A stretch of DNA of 64,000 bases from Desulfobacteraceae bacterium (GTDB lineage: Bacteria; Desulfobacterota; Desulfobacteria; Desulfobacterales; Desulfosalsimonadaceae). The notes under the pieces are model-generated. The model worked only from the letters and a program-made list of their open reading frames with translations, made no database searches and was not told where the DNA came from. The position numbers and the translations under genes are program-made. Location: positions 4,039-68,038 of the forward strand of contig QZJS01000003.1 in NCBI GenBank assembly GCA_003597945.1, written 5' to 3'. Positions 46,737-57,467 of this stretch are shown one piece after another; within the stretch, counting starts at the first letter, position 1; every line of letters begins with the position of its first letter.

Positions 46737-48215
46737 ATGAACGCCCTCCTGATCTACCCCAACATTCCGGATACATTCTGGTCGTTCACGTATGCTTTAC
46801 GTTTTATCGGAAAAAAATCGGCATTCCCGCCGCTTGGCCTGCTCACCGTCGCGGCCCTTCTGCCGGCGCACTGGAACAAACGCCTGGTGGACTTAAATGT
46901 GGACAGCCTTACGGATAATGACCTTTTATGGGCCGATATAGCGTTTATCAGCGGGATGGCGGTTCAACGAAAATCAGCTAAACAGATCATCAACCGATGC
47001 CTTGCGATGAATTTAAAAGTTGTTGCCGGCGGGCCGCTGTTTACCGCCGAACCCGATAAATTCGCGGAAGTGGATCATCTCGTGTTGGATGAAGCGGAAA
47101 CAACGCTTCCGGCTTTTCTGTCGGACCTTCAAAACGGACAACCTGAAAAAATCTACAGGGCATCGGGGTTCTGCAATCTTTTGGACACCCCCCTTCCCTC
47201 CTGGGATCTCATAAAAACAAAGCGATATGCATCCATGAGCATCCAGTTTTCCAGGGGATGCCCCTTTAACTGCGAATTCTGCAATGTAACGGCTTTATTC
47301 GGTCACCGGCCGCGCATAAAAACGCCGCAACAGGTGATCGCGGAGCTGGATCGTATTTATGCTTCCGGCTGGCGCAGCAGCATATTTTTTGTGGATGACA
47401 ATTTTATTGGAAATAAGGCCTACCTCAAAACGCACTTGCTGCCGGCCCTGATCAAATGGCGCAAAGATAAAAAAGGATGCGTATTTTTCACGGAAGCCTC
47501 CATCAATCTCGCTGATGACCCACAACTCCTGGATTTGATGACAACGGCCGGATTTGACACCGTATTTATCGGCATCGAATCGCCCGATGAGACCAGTCTG
47601 ACGGAATGCGGCAAAAACCAGAATAAAAACCGGGACCTCCTTGAAAGCATAAAAATCATTCACCGTTCGGGCATGCAGGTGATGGGCGGTTTTATTGTGG
47701 GTTTTGACAGCGATTCGCCTTCTATTTTCCAGCGGCAGATCGATTTCATTCAGAACAGCGGCATCGTCACCGCCATGGTGGGCATGCTCCAGGCGCCTCC
47801 GGGAACCAGACTCTTCGACCGGCTCTCCAGGGAAAGCCGGGTGGTAAACACCTTCTCCGGAGATAATGTTGACGGAACGACCAATATCATCCCAAAAATG
47901 GGAATTGAAAAGCTTTTGGACGGCTATCAGGCCATTATGAAACAGGTTTATTCCCCCGGCAACTATTACCGGCGGGTCCGGGTTTTACTGAAAGAATTAA
48001 AGGCTCCTGAAATCAGGCAGCCGGTAAGTCTCGGGCGGTTGCTTTCATTTTTTCGATCCGCTTTCAGGCTCGGAATTCTGGGAAACGAGCGCTTTCATTA
48101 CTGGCAACTGATGCTTTGGACCCTGATTCGCAAGCCCAGACTGATGTCGGTGGCAATAACGCTTTCGATATACGGCCATCATTACCGTAAAATATGCGAA
48201 CGCTATATTTATTGA
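46737..48215 (+). CDS. B12-binding-domain radical SAM protein (DUF4070 C-terminus)
   Basis: 492 aa with an N-terminal cobalamin-binding-like fold and FSRGCPFNCEFCNV (CxxxCxxC). Confidence 0.85.
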   Translation: MNALLIYPNIPDTFWSFTYALRFIGKKSAFPPLGLLTVAALLPAHWNKRLVDLNVDSLTDNDLLWADIAFISGMAVQRKSAKQIINRCLAMNLKVVAGGPLFTAEPDKFAEVDHLVLDEAETTLPAFLSDLQNGQPEKIYRASGFCNLLDTPLPSWDLIKTKRYASMSIQFSRGCPFNCEFCNVTALFGHRPRIKTPQQVIAELDRIYASGWRSSIFFVDDNFIGNKAYLKTHLLPALIKWRKDKKGCVFFTEASINLADDPQLLDLMTTAGFDTVFIGIESPDETSLTECGKNQNKNRDLLESIKIIHRSGMQVMGGFIVGFDSDSPSIFQRQIDFIQNSGIVTAMVGMLQAPPGTRLFDRLSRESRVVNTFSGDNVDGTTNIIPKMGIEKLLDGYQAIMKQVYSPGNYYRRVRVLLKELKAPEIRQPVSLGRLLSFFRSAFRLGILGNERFHYWQLMLWTLIRKPRLMSVAITLSIYGHHYRKICERYIY

Positions 48216-48248
48216 AATAAATATAAATCGCGGCCAAAAGGAGGCGCC

Positions 48249-48527
48249 ATGCCAGATAACCCCGAATCCAAAAGCCTTGCGCAATTAATGGCAGAGGCCG
48301 ATGAACTCATTCAGCAGCTTAATTCCGACGTCGTTAATGACATGGAAGAAGAGTATCGTCTGGCGTTTGAAAAACACGCCCAAAATTACGAAAAGATCAA
48401 AATCGAGGTTCAGGACAAAATCGAGAAAAAAGGAACACTGGATACCAGCGCCGGCACCGATGGCATGCACGAGGCGATCCAGGATATTGTCAAGGCCTTT
48501 GGGGAATTTGCAAAATTTCATTCCTGA
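48249..48527 (+). CDS. hypothetical small acidic helical protein
   Basis: 92-aa ORF with an AAAGGAGG RBS. No recognisable motif. Confidence 0.4.
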   Translation: MPDNPESKSLAQLMAEADELIQQLNSDVVNDMEEEYRLAFEKHAQNYEKIKIEVQDKIEKKGTLDTSAGTDGMHEAIQDIVKAFGEFAKFHS

Positions 48528-48577
48528 CGCGGGCCAAACGCCGATCAAAGGCTTAAAAAAAAATAGGCAACTCCGCC

Positions 48578-49753
48578 GTGACTTCCTTTTTCCCTAACAA
48601 CCGGATCACCTTGCTGAAAAACGGAGAAACCTATTTTCCGGCGATCGAATCGGCAATCGATGAGGCGGTGCATGAGATTTATCTGGAAAGCTATATTTTC
48701 AAAAATGACGCCATCGGGCAAAAAATCGCGGAAGCGCTCAGGCGGGCGGCCTTGCGCGGTGTCAGAACCCGTATATTGATCGATGGTTTCGGATCGAAGG
48801 ATTTGCCTGAAACCATGATGGATTACCTTGCGGCGGCGGGCATCATGTTGATGAAATTTAGGCCCAAGACTTCGCCCTGGACCCTGCGACGCCGCCGATT
48901 CCGTCGCCTTCACAGGAAAATTGTCGTCATTGATCGCCGGGTTGCTTTTGTGGGCGGCATTAACATCATCGATGATATGGAGCCCGGCCAACCATGGCCT
49001 CGTTATGACTATGCCGTATGCATAAAAGGGCCTTTGGTTAAAAAAATTCATGCTTCCGTCCGCCGGGTCTGGTCGCGCGTGGCCTGGACCCGTTTGCGCC
49101 CCGGCTGGGTGGCCCCGGCCAACGACGGGCAAACGTCTTCAACCGAATCTACAGGTCGAATGCGCGCGGCTTTTCTGGTTAGAAACAACATCCGCCATCG
49201 CCGTGACATTGAAAATGCCTATTTGCAGGCAATTAAACGGGCGCAATCGGAAATTATCCTTGCAAACGCCTATTTTTTCCCGGGATTTAATTTTCGTCAC
49301 GCGCTTTTGGATGCGGTCAAACGCGGTGTGCGGGTGATTTTACTTTTGCAGGGGAAAGTGGAATATCGATTGATGCATTATGCGTCGCACGCGTTATACG
49401 GCAATTTTCTTTATGCGGGAGTCGAGATCTACGAATACCACAAGAGTCTGATGCACGCCAAAGTCGCCGTGATAGACGGCCATTGGGCGACGGTAGGATC
49501 ATCAAACCTCGACCCTTTCAGTCTGCTGCTCGCGCTCGAAGCAAATATCGTTGTTGACGACAAAAATTTTGCTCAAACATTAAAACACAGCCTTGAACAA
49601 TCCATCCAGACCGGCGCGCGGCGCGTATCAAAAAACAACTGGAACACGCAGACCATCGGACTGCGCCTGGTAAGCTGGCTGTGTTACGGTTTAATACGAT
49701 TTATGATCGGAATGACGGGTTATGCGTCCGGGAAACAGACCGGCGCACTATGA
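48578..49753 (+). CDS. clsB: phospholipase-D-family cardiolipin synthase (ClsB-like)
   Basis: Two HKD motifs: HRKIVVIDRRVAFVGGINI and HAKVAVIDGHWATVGSSNLD. GTG start. Confidence 0.85.
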   Translation: MTSFFPNNRITLLKNGETYFPAIESAIDEAVHEIYLESYIFKNDAIGQKIAEALRRAALRGVRTRILIDGFGSKDLPETMMDYLAAAGIMLMKFRPKTSPWTLRRRRFRRLHRKIVVIDRRVAFVGGINIIDDMEPGQPWPRYDYAVCIKGPLVKKIHASVRRVWSRVAWTRLRPGWVAPANDGQTSSTESTGRMRAAFLVRNNIRHRRDIENAYLQAIKRAQSEIILANAYFFPGFNFRHALLDAVKRGVRVILLLQGKVEYRLMHYASHALYGNFLYAGVEIYEYHKSLMHAKVAVIDGHWATVGSSNLDPFSLLLALEANIVVDDKNFAQTLKHSLEQSIQTGARRVSKNNWNTQTIGLRLVSWLCYGLIRFMIGMTGYASGKQTGAL

Positions 49754-49896
49754 CCCATACAAAAACATCGGTGCGGGGAAAGACGCTTTTATCGCATCGG
49801 ATCCTATAACCAATTGAATTTTATATTGCCTTTATTATAGATTCACGATATAAAAATTTTAAAAATCAGAAAAACTCAATTCTGACACTTTGGGTT

Positions 49897-49929
49897 TTTA
49901 TTGCCAAACAAAACAGTATTGGCAATAAA
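49897..49929. promoter_or_regulatory. perfect inverted repeat, candidate operator of the downstream TA pair
   Basis: TTTATTGCCAA-N11-TTGGCAATAAA, about 105 bp upstream of the antitoxin start at 50035. Confidence 0.4.
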
Positions 49930-50034
49930 ATGATATGCATAAAGGCAACAATTTGAAAGGCAGCATCAACGCAGTGTTTTTATGGACTAACAACATCGAC
50001 CTTCCAGGTCTTTCTTAAAGAAAGGAGACACATC

Positions 50035-50292
50035 ATGGCGCTGATTGAAGAAATCAACAAAAAGGTTTCCAAGCTGCCGCCTGATAAACAGGCGACAATT
50101 CTTGATTTTATCTCATTTATAGAGCAGCGGCAGCAGGTATTGGCTAAAACCAAACCCATCGCGGAACGAACCAAACACATGAAAAAAACATTGAAAAATT
50201 TGGCAAAGATGCGGGTTTTCGCCGATATAACAGACCCTGTTGAATGGCAAAAAACCATCCGTAAGGACAGACCTTTACCAGGGCGTGAATGA
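50035..50292 (+). CDS. type II antitoxin (DUF2281-like, VapB role)
   Basis: 85 aa, MALIEEINKKVSKLPPDKQATILDFISFIEQRQ. Overlaps the PIN gene by 4 nt (ATGA). Confidence 0.7.
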   Translation: MALIEEINKKVSKLPPDKQATILDFISFIEQRQQVLAKTKPIAERTKHMKKTLKNLAKMRVFADITDPVEWQKTIRKDRPLPGRE

Positions 50293-50669
50293 TGATTTTG
50301 ATTGACAGTAACATCATTATTTACGCCGCTTCAGGAAAATTTCCCGCTCTGGTTGAGTGGATGGCGGAACAGAATTTGGCGGTTTCCGCGATAAGCGTTC
50401 TGGAAGTGCTTGGTTATCACAAACTACATATCAGCGAAAAAAAAGAATTGGAAAACCTGTTTGCACAAATAACTGTTTTATATCCTGGCGCTGAGGTGTT
50501 TCGACTGGCAATCAAACTACGACAAGAGCGTCGCATTTCCATTGGGGATGCGCTGATCGCCGCCACCGCCCTGAATGAAACCATAGCGCTTGCCACGCAC
50601 AACACCGTCGACTTTTCCTGGATTAACGGGCTGGAGATTATTGATCCATTGAAACATGAGGCGCACTGA
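50289..50669 (+). CDS. vapC: PIN-domain toxin VapC
   Basis: 126 aa with the acidic PIN residues ILIDSN, EVLG and GDALIAATA...THN. Confidence 0.85.
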   Translation: MMILIDSNIIIYAASGKFPALVEWMAEQNLAVSAISVLEVLGYHKLHISEKKELENLFAQITVLYPGAEVFRLAIKLRQERRISIGDALIAATALNETIALATHNTVDFSWINGLEIIDPLKHEAH

Positions 50670-50761
50670 GTCGCGATTGACTCAAATCCAGTTTGTAAAA
50701 AGCTATTGATTCCGCTGCGCGGTATTTTTGCAGTAAGTAAACTGACGTTTCCTTGGAAGAG

Positions 50762-53302
50762 CTACTTACCGCAGCATTTCTTGTATTTTTTGCCGCTGCC
50801 GCAGGGGCATGGATCATTGCGGCCGACTTTGTCCGCGACCCGGACGGGCTGTTTCCGGGGCGGCGGGCCGCCATGGGAAAAGGAAAGCTGCTGCTGGCGG
50901 GGACGCTCCAGGGTGGCGACGGCTTCGGGCTCGGCAAGCTGGATACGGAACAGTATCCGCAGGGTTTCTTCCCTGATCCGGAAAACCAGTTCCTGGAACA
51001 TCTCAAAGGCTTCTTTTTTATATGCCCGGATGGGGTCCTGCTGGGCATATCCCCGCAGGCCGATGCCTTCCCGGAGATGGTCCATGGACAGCAGGTGATC
51101 CTTCCAGAGATTGTCCACGATCTGAAGCATCAGGATGCGCTCGATGTTGCGGAAATGGTCGGCCCCGATGCCTGCCTCCTTTTCGTTATACCTGGCAAGC
51201 GCTGTTTCCTGGATGTGTTGGATAATTTTTTCCGGGCTATCCAGGCTGTCATCAAACCCGTCGATGGCGATGCGGAAATTAAACTGGTGGAATACCGCGT
51301 CGGCCAGTCCCTTGAGGTCCCATTCGCGCACCGGCAGCTTATCGTCCCCATAAGCATCAACAATATATTCCGTCTTTTCCATGATCCATTCTTCGATCCC
51401 GGGCTTCAGGCTTTCGCCGCTTAACGCCTGGCGGCGCTGGCGATAGACCACTTCCCGCTGCTGGTTCATGACATCGTCAAAATCAATAAGCTGTTTCCGG
51501 ATATCGAAGTTGTGGGCCTCCACCTTGGTCTGGGCGTTTTCAATGGCCTTGGAGATCATCCGGTGCTCAATGGGCTCTCCTTCTTCCATCCCCAGCCGGC
51601 TCATGATGGAAGAAATGCGCTCCCCGCCGAAAATCCGCAGCAGATCGTCCTCCAGGGAGAGATAAAACCGGGAAGAACCGGGATCGCCCTGCCGGCCGGA
51701 ACGGCCCCGCAACTGGTTGTCGATCCGGCGGCTTTCATGGCGTTCCGTTCCCAGCACATGAAGTCCGCCGAGCGCAACCACTCCTTCGCCTAAGACAATA
51801 TCGGTGCCGCGGCCCGCCATGTTGGTGGAGATGGTCACGGCACCCTTCTGGCCGGCATTGGCGATGATTTCCGCTTCAGCCTCATGATTCTTGGCATTTA
51901 AAACAGTATGAGGGATGCCTCTTTTTTTAAGTTTCAGACTGACATCTTCGGATACGTCGATGGAGACCGTGCCCACGAGCACCGGCTGACCCTTGGCATT
52001 AAGCGCCGCGATTTCATCAAGGACCGCATTAAATTTTTCCCGCCGGGTCTGGTAGATCACATCCGGATAATCCACGCGGATCATGGGCTGATTGGTGGGG
52101 ATGACCACCACGTCAAGCTTGTAAATTTTATTAAATTCCGCGGCCTCGGTTTCGGCGGTGCCGGTCATGCCGGCCAGTTTATCATACATCCGGAAATAGT
52201 TCTGGAAGGTGATGGTGGCCAGAGTCTGATTTTCGTTTTCGATTTTAACCTTTTCCTTGGCCTCCAGTGCCTGGTGCAGACCCTCGGAATATCGGCGGCC
52301 CGGCATCAGGCGGCCGGTAAACTCATCAACAATGATCACCTGGCCTTCCTTGACGATGTAATCCACGTCCCGCTTGAACATGGTATGGGCTTTCAGCGCC
52401 TGGTTGACGTGATGGAGCAGGTCGATGCATTTGGGGTCATAAAGATTGTCCACCGCCATCAATTTTTCGACCCTGGCCACACCGTCTTCGGTCAGGGCGA
52501 CGCTTCTGGCTTTTTCATCGATGGTGTAATGATCTTCCTGCTGCAATGAGGGGATGATATTGTTGACCTGATAATAGAGATCGGTGGACTTTTCGGCCGG
52601 TCCGGAAATAATAAGCGGAGTCCGGGCTTCATCCACAAGGATGCTGTCTACTTCGTCGACAATGGCAAAATGAAGGTCACGCTGAACCAGAAGGTTTTTT
52701 TCAAATTTCATGTTGTCGCGAAGGTAATCAAACCCGAATTCATTATTGGTGCCATAAATAATATCCGCGCTGTAGGCGGTTTTGCGCTCATGATCATTGA
52801 GGCCGTGGACGATGACGCCGACTTTTAATCCCAGAAAACGAAATATCTGTCCCATCCACTCGGAATCGCGGCGGGCCAGATAATCATTGACCGTGATGAT
52901 ATGCACCCCTCTTCCGGTAAGCGCATTCAGATAAGCGGCCAGAGGGGCGACCAGGGTTTTTCCTTCACCGGTTTTCATCTCGGCGATATTGCCCTGATGC
53001 AGCACCATGCCGCCCATGAGCTGGACGTCAAAATGACGCATGCCTAACGTGCGGAGAGTTGCCTCGCGCACGGTTGCGAATGCTTCGGGAAGCAGGTCAT
53101 CAAGGAACTCGCCGCTTTGATAGCGAACGATCAGCTTTTGAGTCTGTTGGGCCAGTTCGCCGTCACTCATGGCCTTGACCGTCGGTTCGAGATTATTGAC
53201 GGCTTCAACGGCGGGCATCAATTGCCGCAAAACTCTTTCATTTTTACTGCCAAACAGCTTTAGCAAAAATTTATTTACAGCCCCAAAATCCATTGGCGGC
53301 AT
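50762..53302 (-). CDS. secA: preprotein translocase ATPase SecA
   Basis: 846 aa with the DEAD-like motor ([30 protein letters not shown]) and the C-terminal SEC-C motif [14 protein letters not shown]. Confidence 0.97.
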   Translation of the reverse strand: MPPMDFGAVNKFLLKLFGSKNERVLRQLMPAVEAVNNLEPTVKAMSDGELAQQTQKLIVRYQSGEFLDDLLPEAFATVREATLRTLGMRHFDVQLMGGMVLHQGNIAEMKTGEGKTLVAPLAAYLNALTGRGVHIITVNDYLARRDSEWMGQIFRFLGLKVGVIVHGLNDHERKTAYSADIIYGTNNEFGFDYLRDNMKFEKNLLVQRDLHFAIVDEVDSILVDEARTPLIISGPAEKSTDLYYQVNNIIPSLQQEDHYTIDEKARSVALTEDGVARVEKLMAVDNLYDPKCIDLLHHVNQALKAHTMFKRDVDYIVKEGQVIIVDEFTGRLMPGRRYSEGLHQALEAKEKVKIENENQTLATITFQNYFRMYDKLAGMTGTAETEAAEFNKIYKLDVVVIPTNQPMIRVDYPDVIYQTRREKFNAVLDEIAALNAKGQPVLVGTVSIDVSEDVSLKLKKRGIPHTVLNAKNHEAEAEIIANAGQKGAVTISTNMAGRGTDIVLGEGVVALGGLHVLGTERHESRRIDNQLRGRSGRQGDPGSSRFYLSLEDDLLRIFGGERISSIMSRLGMEEGEPIEHRMISKAIENAQTKVEAHNFDIRKQLIDFDDVMNQQREVVYRQRRQALSGESLKPGIEEWIMEKTEYIVDAYGDDKLPVREWDLKGLADAVFHQFNFRIAIDGFDDSLDSPEKIIQHIQETALARYNEKEAGIGADHFRNIERILMLQIVDNLWKDHLLSMDHLREGIGLRGYAQQDPIRAYKKEAFEMFQELVFRIREETLRILFRIQLAEPEAVATLERPRQQQLSFSHGGPPPRKQPVRVADKVGRNDPCPCGSGKKYKKCCGK

Positions 53303-53351
53303 TTCCTCCTGAAATAATTACAAAAAACGGGCGGGAAAAGAGATATCTCGC

Positions 53352-54317
53352 TTACGAGGGGTTGTTGCTTGCAAGTTGTTCGGGTATGAATCTGGACGCA
53401 TCCACCGGAATATCATTGACGCGGACTTCATAATGCAGATGCGGGCCTGTACTGCGTCCGGTGCTGCCGACTTTTCCAATCACCTCGCCTTGCATTACTT
53501 GCTGATCGACGTCCACCGTTACACTGCTTAGATGCGCGTAACGGGTGATGATCCCGAATCCATGATCAATGGTGATCGTTTTGCCAAAAACGCCTTGATA
53601 TCCGGCGTAAATGACAGTCCCCGCTGCGGTGGCATAAACCGGGGCGCCGCTGTTATGGGCGATATCCACACCGCTGTGGAATTCCCGCTTTCCAGTAAAC
53701 GGTGATTTGCGGTAGCCGAATTCCGATGACACCGCCCCACCTTGAAGAGGACTGATGGAAGGAGTCGATTCCCGGATCTGCTTGATCTCCTTGATTGCGC
53801 CCCATAACAGGAGAAACTCCTCGGATCGTTGCATCACCGCATCATCGAGCTGTTCCATCCGATCGACAAGGTTGTCAATCAGAACCTGGTAATCATCGCC
53901 ATTCATTTCGAATGCACCCGGGGTTTGCGTTAAAGCACCCCCCATGCCGGTGGATTGCCAGGAAGCCGTCGAATCATCCACATTGATATTTGAATTAATA
54001 CCCGTCCGGATTTTCTGATCCAACTGGTTCAGCCGGATCAGTTTCAACTGCAAATTATCGATTTTAGATTGAAAAACTGCGATTTGACGTTCGCGGGTAT
54101 CGATTTCGGATTGCAGGTCATCGACTTCATCCAAAAGCGTCAGCGCATCAGGCATCGCCCACTTCATCGTGATATAATCATATGTACCATAGGCAATCAG
54201 TAATGCGCATCCCATAAGAATACCGCAGCACAAACGGACAAATCCATGGGAAAAAATAAATGATTTTACCTTTGGTCCGGTCCGGTCCGACAGGATCAAG
54301 TTCAGCTTTCGTCTCAT
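53352..54317 (-). CDS. M23-family peptidoglycan metalloendopeptidase with N-terminal TM and coiled coil
   Basis: HSGVDIA...GPHLHYEVRV motifs. Confidence 0.85.
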   Translation of the reverse strand: MRRKLNLILSDRTGPKVKSFIFSHGFVRLCCGILMGCALLIAYGTYDYITMKWAMPDALTLLDEVDDLQSEIDTRERQIAVFQSKIDNLQLKLIRLNQLDQKIRTGINSNINVDDSTASWQSTGMGGALTQTPGAFEMNGDDYQVLIDNLVDRMEQLDDAVMQRSEEFLLLWGAIKEIKQIRESTPSISPLQGGAVSSEFGYRKSPFTGKREFHSGVDIAHNSGAPVYATAAGTVIYAGYQGVFGKTITIDHGFGIITRYAHLSSVTVDVDQQVMQGEVIGKVGSTGRSTGPHLHYEVRVNDIPVDASRFIPEQLASNNPS

Positions 54318-54530
54318 AAGTTATCCGTTTTGAAGGGTTTTTTCTTCATATATCCATTGGCCTTCAGATGGAGAGTCTATCAACTTGAACCCCCCCTGTC
54401 AAGGTTGATAAAATCCTGAAAGTCAAACTATTTACGGGTGCTTCAGGGCTGGCATCCCCGTAAAAATCAAACGACTTTGCATAACGAGTCCAGGCCGCGA
54501 AGCCGGAAAAAATGCAACGGAATATAAAAA

Positions 54531-54569
54531 GACAGGACGGGGAACAGTATGCACCCCGTCCTGTTTTTT
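54531..54569 (-). terminator. rho-independent terminator after folD
   Basis: GACAGGACGGGG-aacagtatgca-CCCCGTCCTGT with flanking A/T runs, 14 nt beyond the folD stop. Confidence 0.65.
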
Positions 54570-54582
54570 GGAAACGGCCGCG

Positions 54583-55491
54583 CTACATCAGGCCAAGTTT
54601 GAATTTCAGGGAATTGAGCGTGTTTTTCATCAGCATGGTGATGGTCATGGGCCCGACGCCGCCCGGTACGGGTGTGATGGACCCGGCGATTTCCTTGGCC
54701 GCGTCAAAATCCACATCGCCGCGCAGGATGGCGATTTTCTTTCCTGTTTTTTCACTGATCTTTTCACCGACCCGGTTAACGCCCACGTCGATCACGCAGG
54801 CTCCGGGTTTGATCCATTCCGGCTTCACCAGGCCCGGCACGCCCGCGGCCACGATAAGGATGTCGGCCCGCTTGCAATGGGATGCCAGATCTTTTGTGCC
54901 GGTATGGACGATGGTGACCGTGGAGTTGGCGCCCTTTCCTTTCTGGAGCATCATGTTGGCGATGGGTTTGCCGACGATATTGGACCGGCCGACAACAACG
55001 ACTTCAGCGCCCTTGGTTTCAACGCCGGCCCGAACGATCATTTCCTGGATTCCGGCGGGCGTGCAGGGGGGAAACTTGACTTCCGCGCCGCCGATCATCA
55101 GCCGGCCGACGTTGACCGGATGAAAACCGTCGACATCCTTGTCCGGATCAATGGCATTGAGAATCTTTTTCTCATCAATATGCTTGGGAAGGGGAAGCTG
55201 GACGAGAATGCCGTTGATGCTGTCGTCCTTGTTGTATTTATCGATTAATGCCAGAAGATCGGCTTCGGAGATCGTCTCCGGCTGGCTGTCCTGAACCTCT
55301 TTAAAACCCACGCGATGGCCGGTTTGAATTTTTAAGGTCACATATGAAATAGACGCCGGATTCTCGCCCACCAGAATGGTCACCAGGCCGGGCACCACGC
55401 CGTGTTTTTCCTTGATCTGCTTGACCTCAGCGGTGATTTCTTCCAGTATGGCTTCGCGGATCTCGGTTCCCAGGATTAATTTTGCTGTCAT
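54583..55491 (-). CDS. folD: bifunctional methylenetetrahydrofolate dehydrogenase/cyclohydrolase
   Basis: 302 aa with PGLVTILVGENPASISYV and VVGRSNIVGKP motifs. Confidence 0.95.
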   Translation of the reverse strand: MTAKLILGTEIREAILEEITAEVKQIKEKHGVVPGLVTILVGENPASISYVTLKIQTGHRVGFKEVQDSQPETISEADLLALIDKYNKDDSINGILVQLPLPKHIDEKKILNAIDPDKDVDGFHPVNVGRLMIGGAEVKFPPCTPAGIQEMIVRAGVETKGAEVVVVGRSNIVGKPIANMMLQKGKGANSTVTIVHTGTKDLASHCKRADILIVAAGVPGLVKPEWIKPGACVIDVGVNRVGEKISEKTGKKIAILRGDVDFDAAKEIAGSITPVPGGVGPMTITMLMKNTLNSLKFKLGLM

Positions 55492-55578
55492 GGTCTGCTC
55501 CTTTTTTGTTTTAGTTAGCGGTTAAATTATGATTGCTTCGCAAAAGTCGGATTATTGGCTCCAGGAGTCTTTAAAAAA

Positions 55579-56619
55579 TTATAGGGCAAACGGGATCATG
55601 TCGAGGCCCGCGGTTTCATCCAGGCCCAGCATGATATTCATATTCTGGACCGCCTGTCCGGCGGCTCCTTTCCCGAGGTTGTCAATGGCCGACATCAGTA
55701 TGATGCGCCGGGTGGCGGCCTCAACCACAAACCCGATGTCGCAGAAATTGGTGCCCCGGACATGGGCCGTATCCGGCGGGCGGTTTCCGGTCAGCCGGAT
55801 AAACCGCCGGTCGGCATAAAACCCGGCCAGACATTCGGATATATCCGATGATCGCACACCTTCGGACAGGGTCGCATAAATGGTGGCTTCCATACCGCGA
55901 ATCATGGGCACCAGATGGGGAACAAAAGTAATGGATGCCGGAGTTTTGGCGGCCTGGCTCAACTTCTCGTCCATTTCGGGCTGATGCCGGTGGCTGCCGA
56001 CCTTGTATGCCCGAAATGATTCGGTGGCCTCACAAAAATGCATGGGCAGTGAAAGAGATCGACCGGCTCCGGAAACCCCTGACTTGGCATCGGCGATAAG
56101 GGTTCGGATGTCGATAAGTTTATTGAAAATGAGCGGCCAGAGGGGCAGCAACACGCTGGTGGGATAGCAGCCGGGATTGCCCACAAGAGAAGCTTTCCGA
56201 ATCTGCTCCCCAAAGACTTCCGGCAGGCCGTAAACGGCATCCGCAAGCAGTTCCGGGGCCGTGTGGGCCTGGTAGGCCGATTCATATCCGGCAACATGGG
56301 AAAACCGGAAATCCGCGGAAAGATCCACGATCTTTTTTTTGCGACGGATCAGGCCGGGAACATATGCCATGGGTAATTTATGGGGCAGGCCCAGAAAGAC
56401 CGCATCAGCCCGATCGCATACAACGTCTTCGTCATAGGCTTCGCAGATAAGATCGACTTTGCCGGCCATGGCCGGAAACACGTCGGAAAACTTTACCCCC
56501 GCATACTGCCGGGATGTCAGAACCGTCAGTTCCATATCCGGATGTCCGGCAAGGATGCGAACCAGTTCGGCTCCCGCATACCCGGTAGCACCCACTACCG
56601 CCGTTCTGATCTTTCCCAT
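55579..56619 (-). CDS. argC: N-acetyl-gamma-glutamyl-phosphate reductase
   Basis: 346 aa with VVGATGYAGAELVRIL and the active-site GCYPT. Confidence 0.95.
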   Translation of the reverse strand: MGKIRTAVVGATGYAGAELVRILAGHPDMELTVLTSRQYAGVKFSDVFPAMAGKVDLICEAYDEDVVCDRADAVFLGLPHKLPMAYVPGLIRRKKKIVDLSADFRFSHVAGYESAYQAHTAPELLADAVYGLPEVFGEQIRKASLVGNPGCYPTSVLLPLWPLIFNKLIDIRTLIADAKSGVSGAGRSLSLPMHFCEATESFRAYKVGSHRHQPEMDEKLSQAAKTPASITFVPHLVPMIRGMEATIYATLSEGVRSSDISECLAGFYADRRFIRLTGNRPPDTAHVRGTNFCDIGFVVEAATRRIILMSAIDNLGKGAAGQAVQNMNIMLGLDETAGLDMIPFAL

Positions 56620-56766
56620 TCGACAGCCTTTGCTTTTAAATCGTTTATGGTATATTCTATTGTCTCAGTTGGCGTCGGAGTCATTTTGCCGGTGAATACC
56701 AGAGACCGATTTTGTTTTCAAGTTATTTCATCGATGTTTTTTTGGGGTATCCCTGGCAAAGGGCTT

Positions 56767-56900
56767 CTAGTCCATGGTCTCGGCGATCTTGGGGGAAATC
56801 GCGTCATAGCCGTATGCGGCCCATGTCGTCCCGTCGTCGTAACCCCTGAGATTGCTGGTCGCGCCATATATGCAGATCAGGGTATTATTCAGAGATCGTC
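56767..56900 (-). pseudogene. RHS/YD-repeat protein fragment
   Basis: Minus-strand frame reads ...YGATSNLRGYDDGTTWAAYGYDAISPKIAETMD*. It is about 80% identical at the DNA level to 58300-58385. Confidence 0.45.
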
Positions 56901-57467
56901 AGCCAACGATGCGACTTCGCCCTAGGAGTTGTAGCCGATGATGATTTCCCGGGGTCCTGGATGGGTAATATGCACCTATTCATATCGTTTCGGCGGGGTG
57001 TGATCTCTCGCGTTTGCAGGCGAACCGGTCGGATATCCCGGACAGCACCCCGTTTTGATGCAACACATGGCCAATGGCCCAGCCGTAACCATCCCAGGAC
57101 GTCATGCGCGTCATGCGGGGTGGTTTTATTCTTTTGTATTTTTTCCTCGTATGCGTTAATATTCTCAAAAAGAAAAAATGATAACGGGATAGATAATGGA
57201 TGCTACGACATGCAAACAATAATTAATGACAGCAATCTCAAGAAGCTTCTGAAGGAAGTCATCAAAGCGCTTGAAGGAAAAAATATTTTCCACAACCTGA
57301 TTATTGAGCCATGGAAGACGCGGCACTGGTCCATGCCATCTAAGAGGGGGAGGCAACGGAGACGATTGACAAAACAGGAAGTTTTCAACAATCTGGAAGG
57401 TTGCGTGTGAAAACGGGATTTAAAAAGTTTACAAAAAAGAAGATGCTCAATCTTTTAACAGAAAAAC

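Noticed and set aside
54512-55248. + strand ORFs of 203 and 226 aa
   Set aside because: They are antisense to folD, which has clear family motifs.
56961-57410. 149-aa + strand ORF between argC and the VapBC pair
   Set aside because: The first half overlaps RHS-fragment and junk sequence and has no RBS. Only the last ~66 codons (from ATG 57211) might be a real small gene, and the evidence is insufficient to call it.
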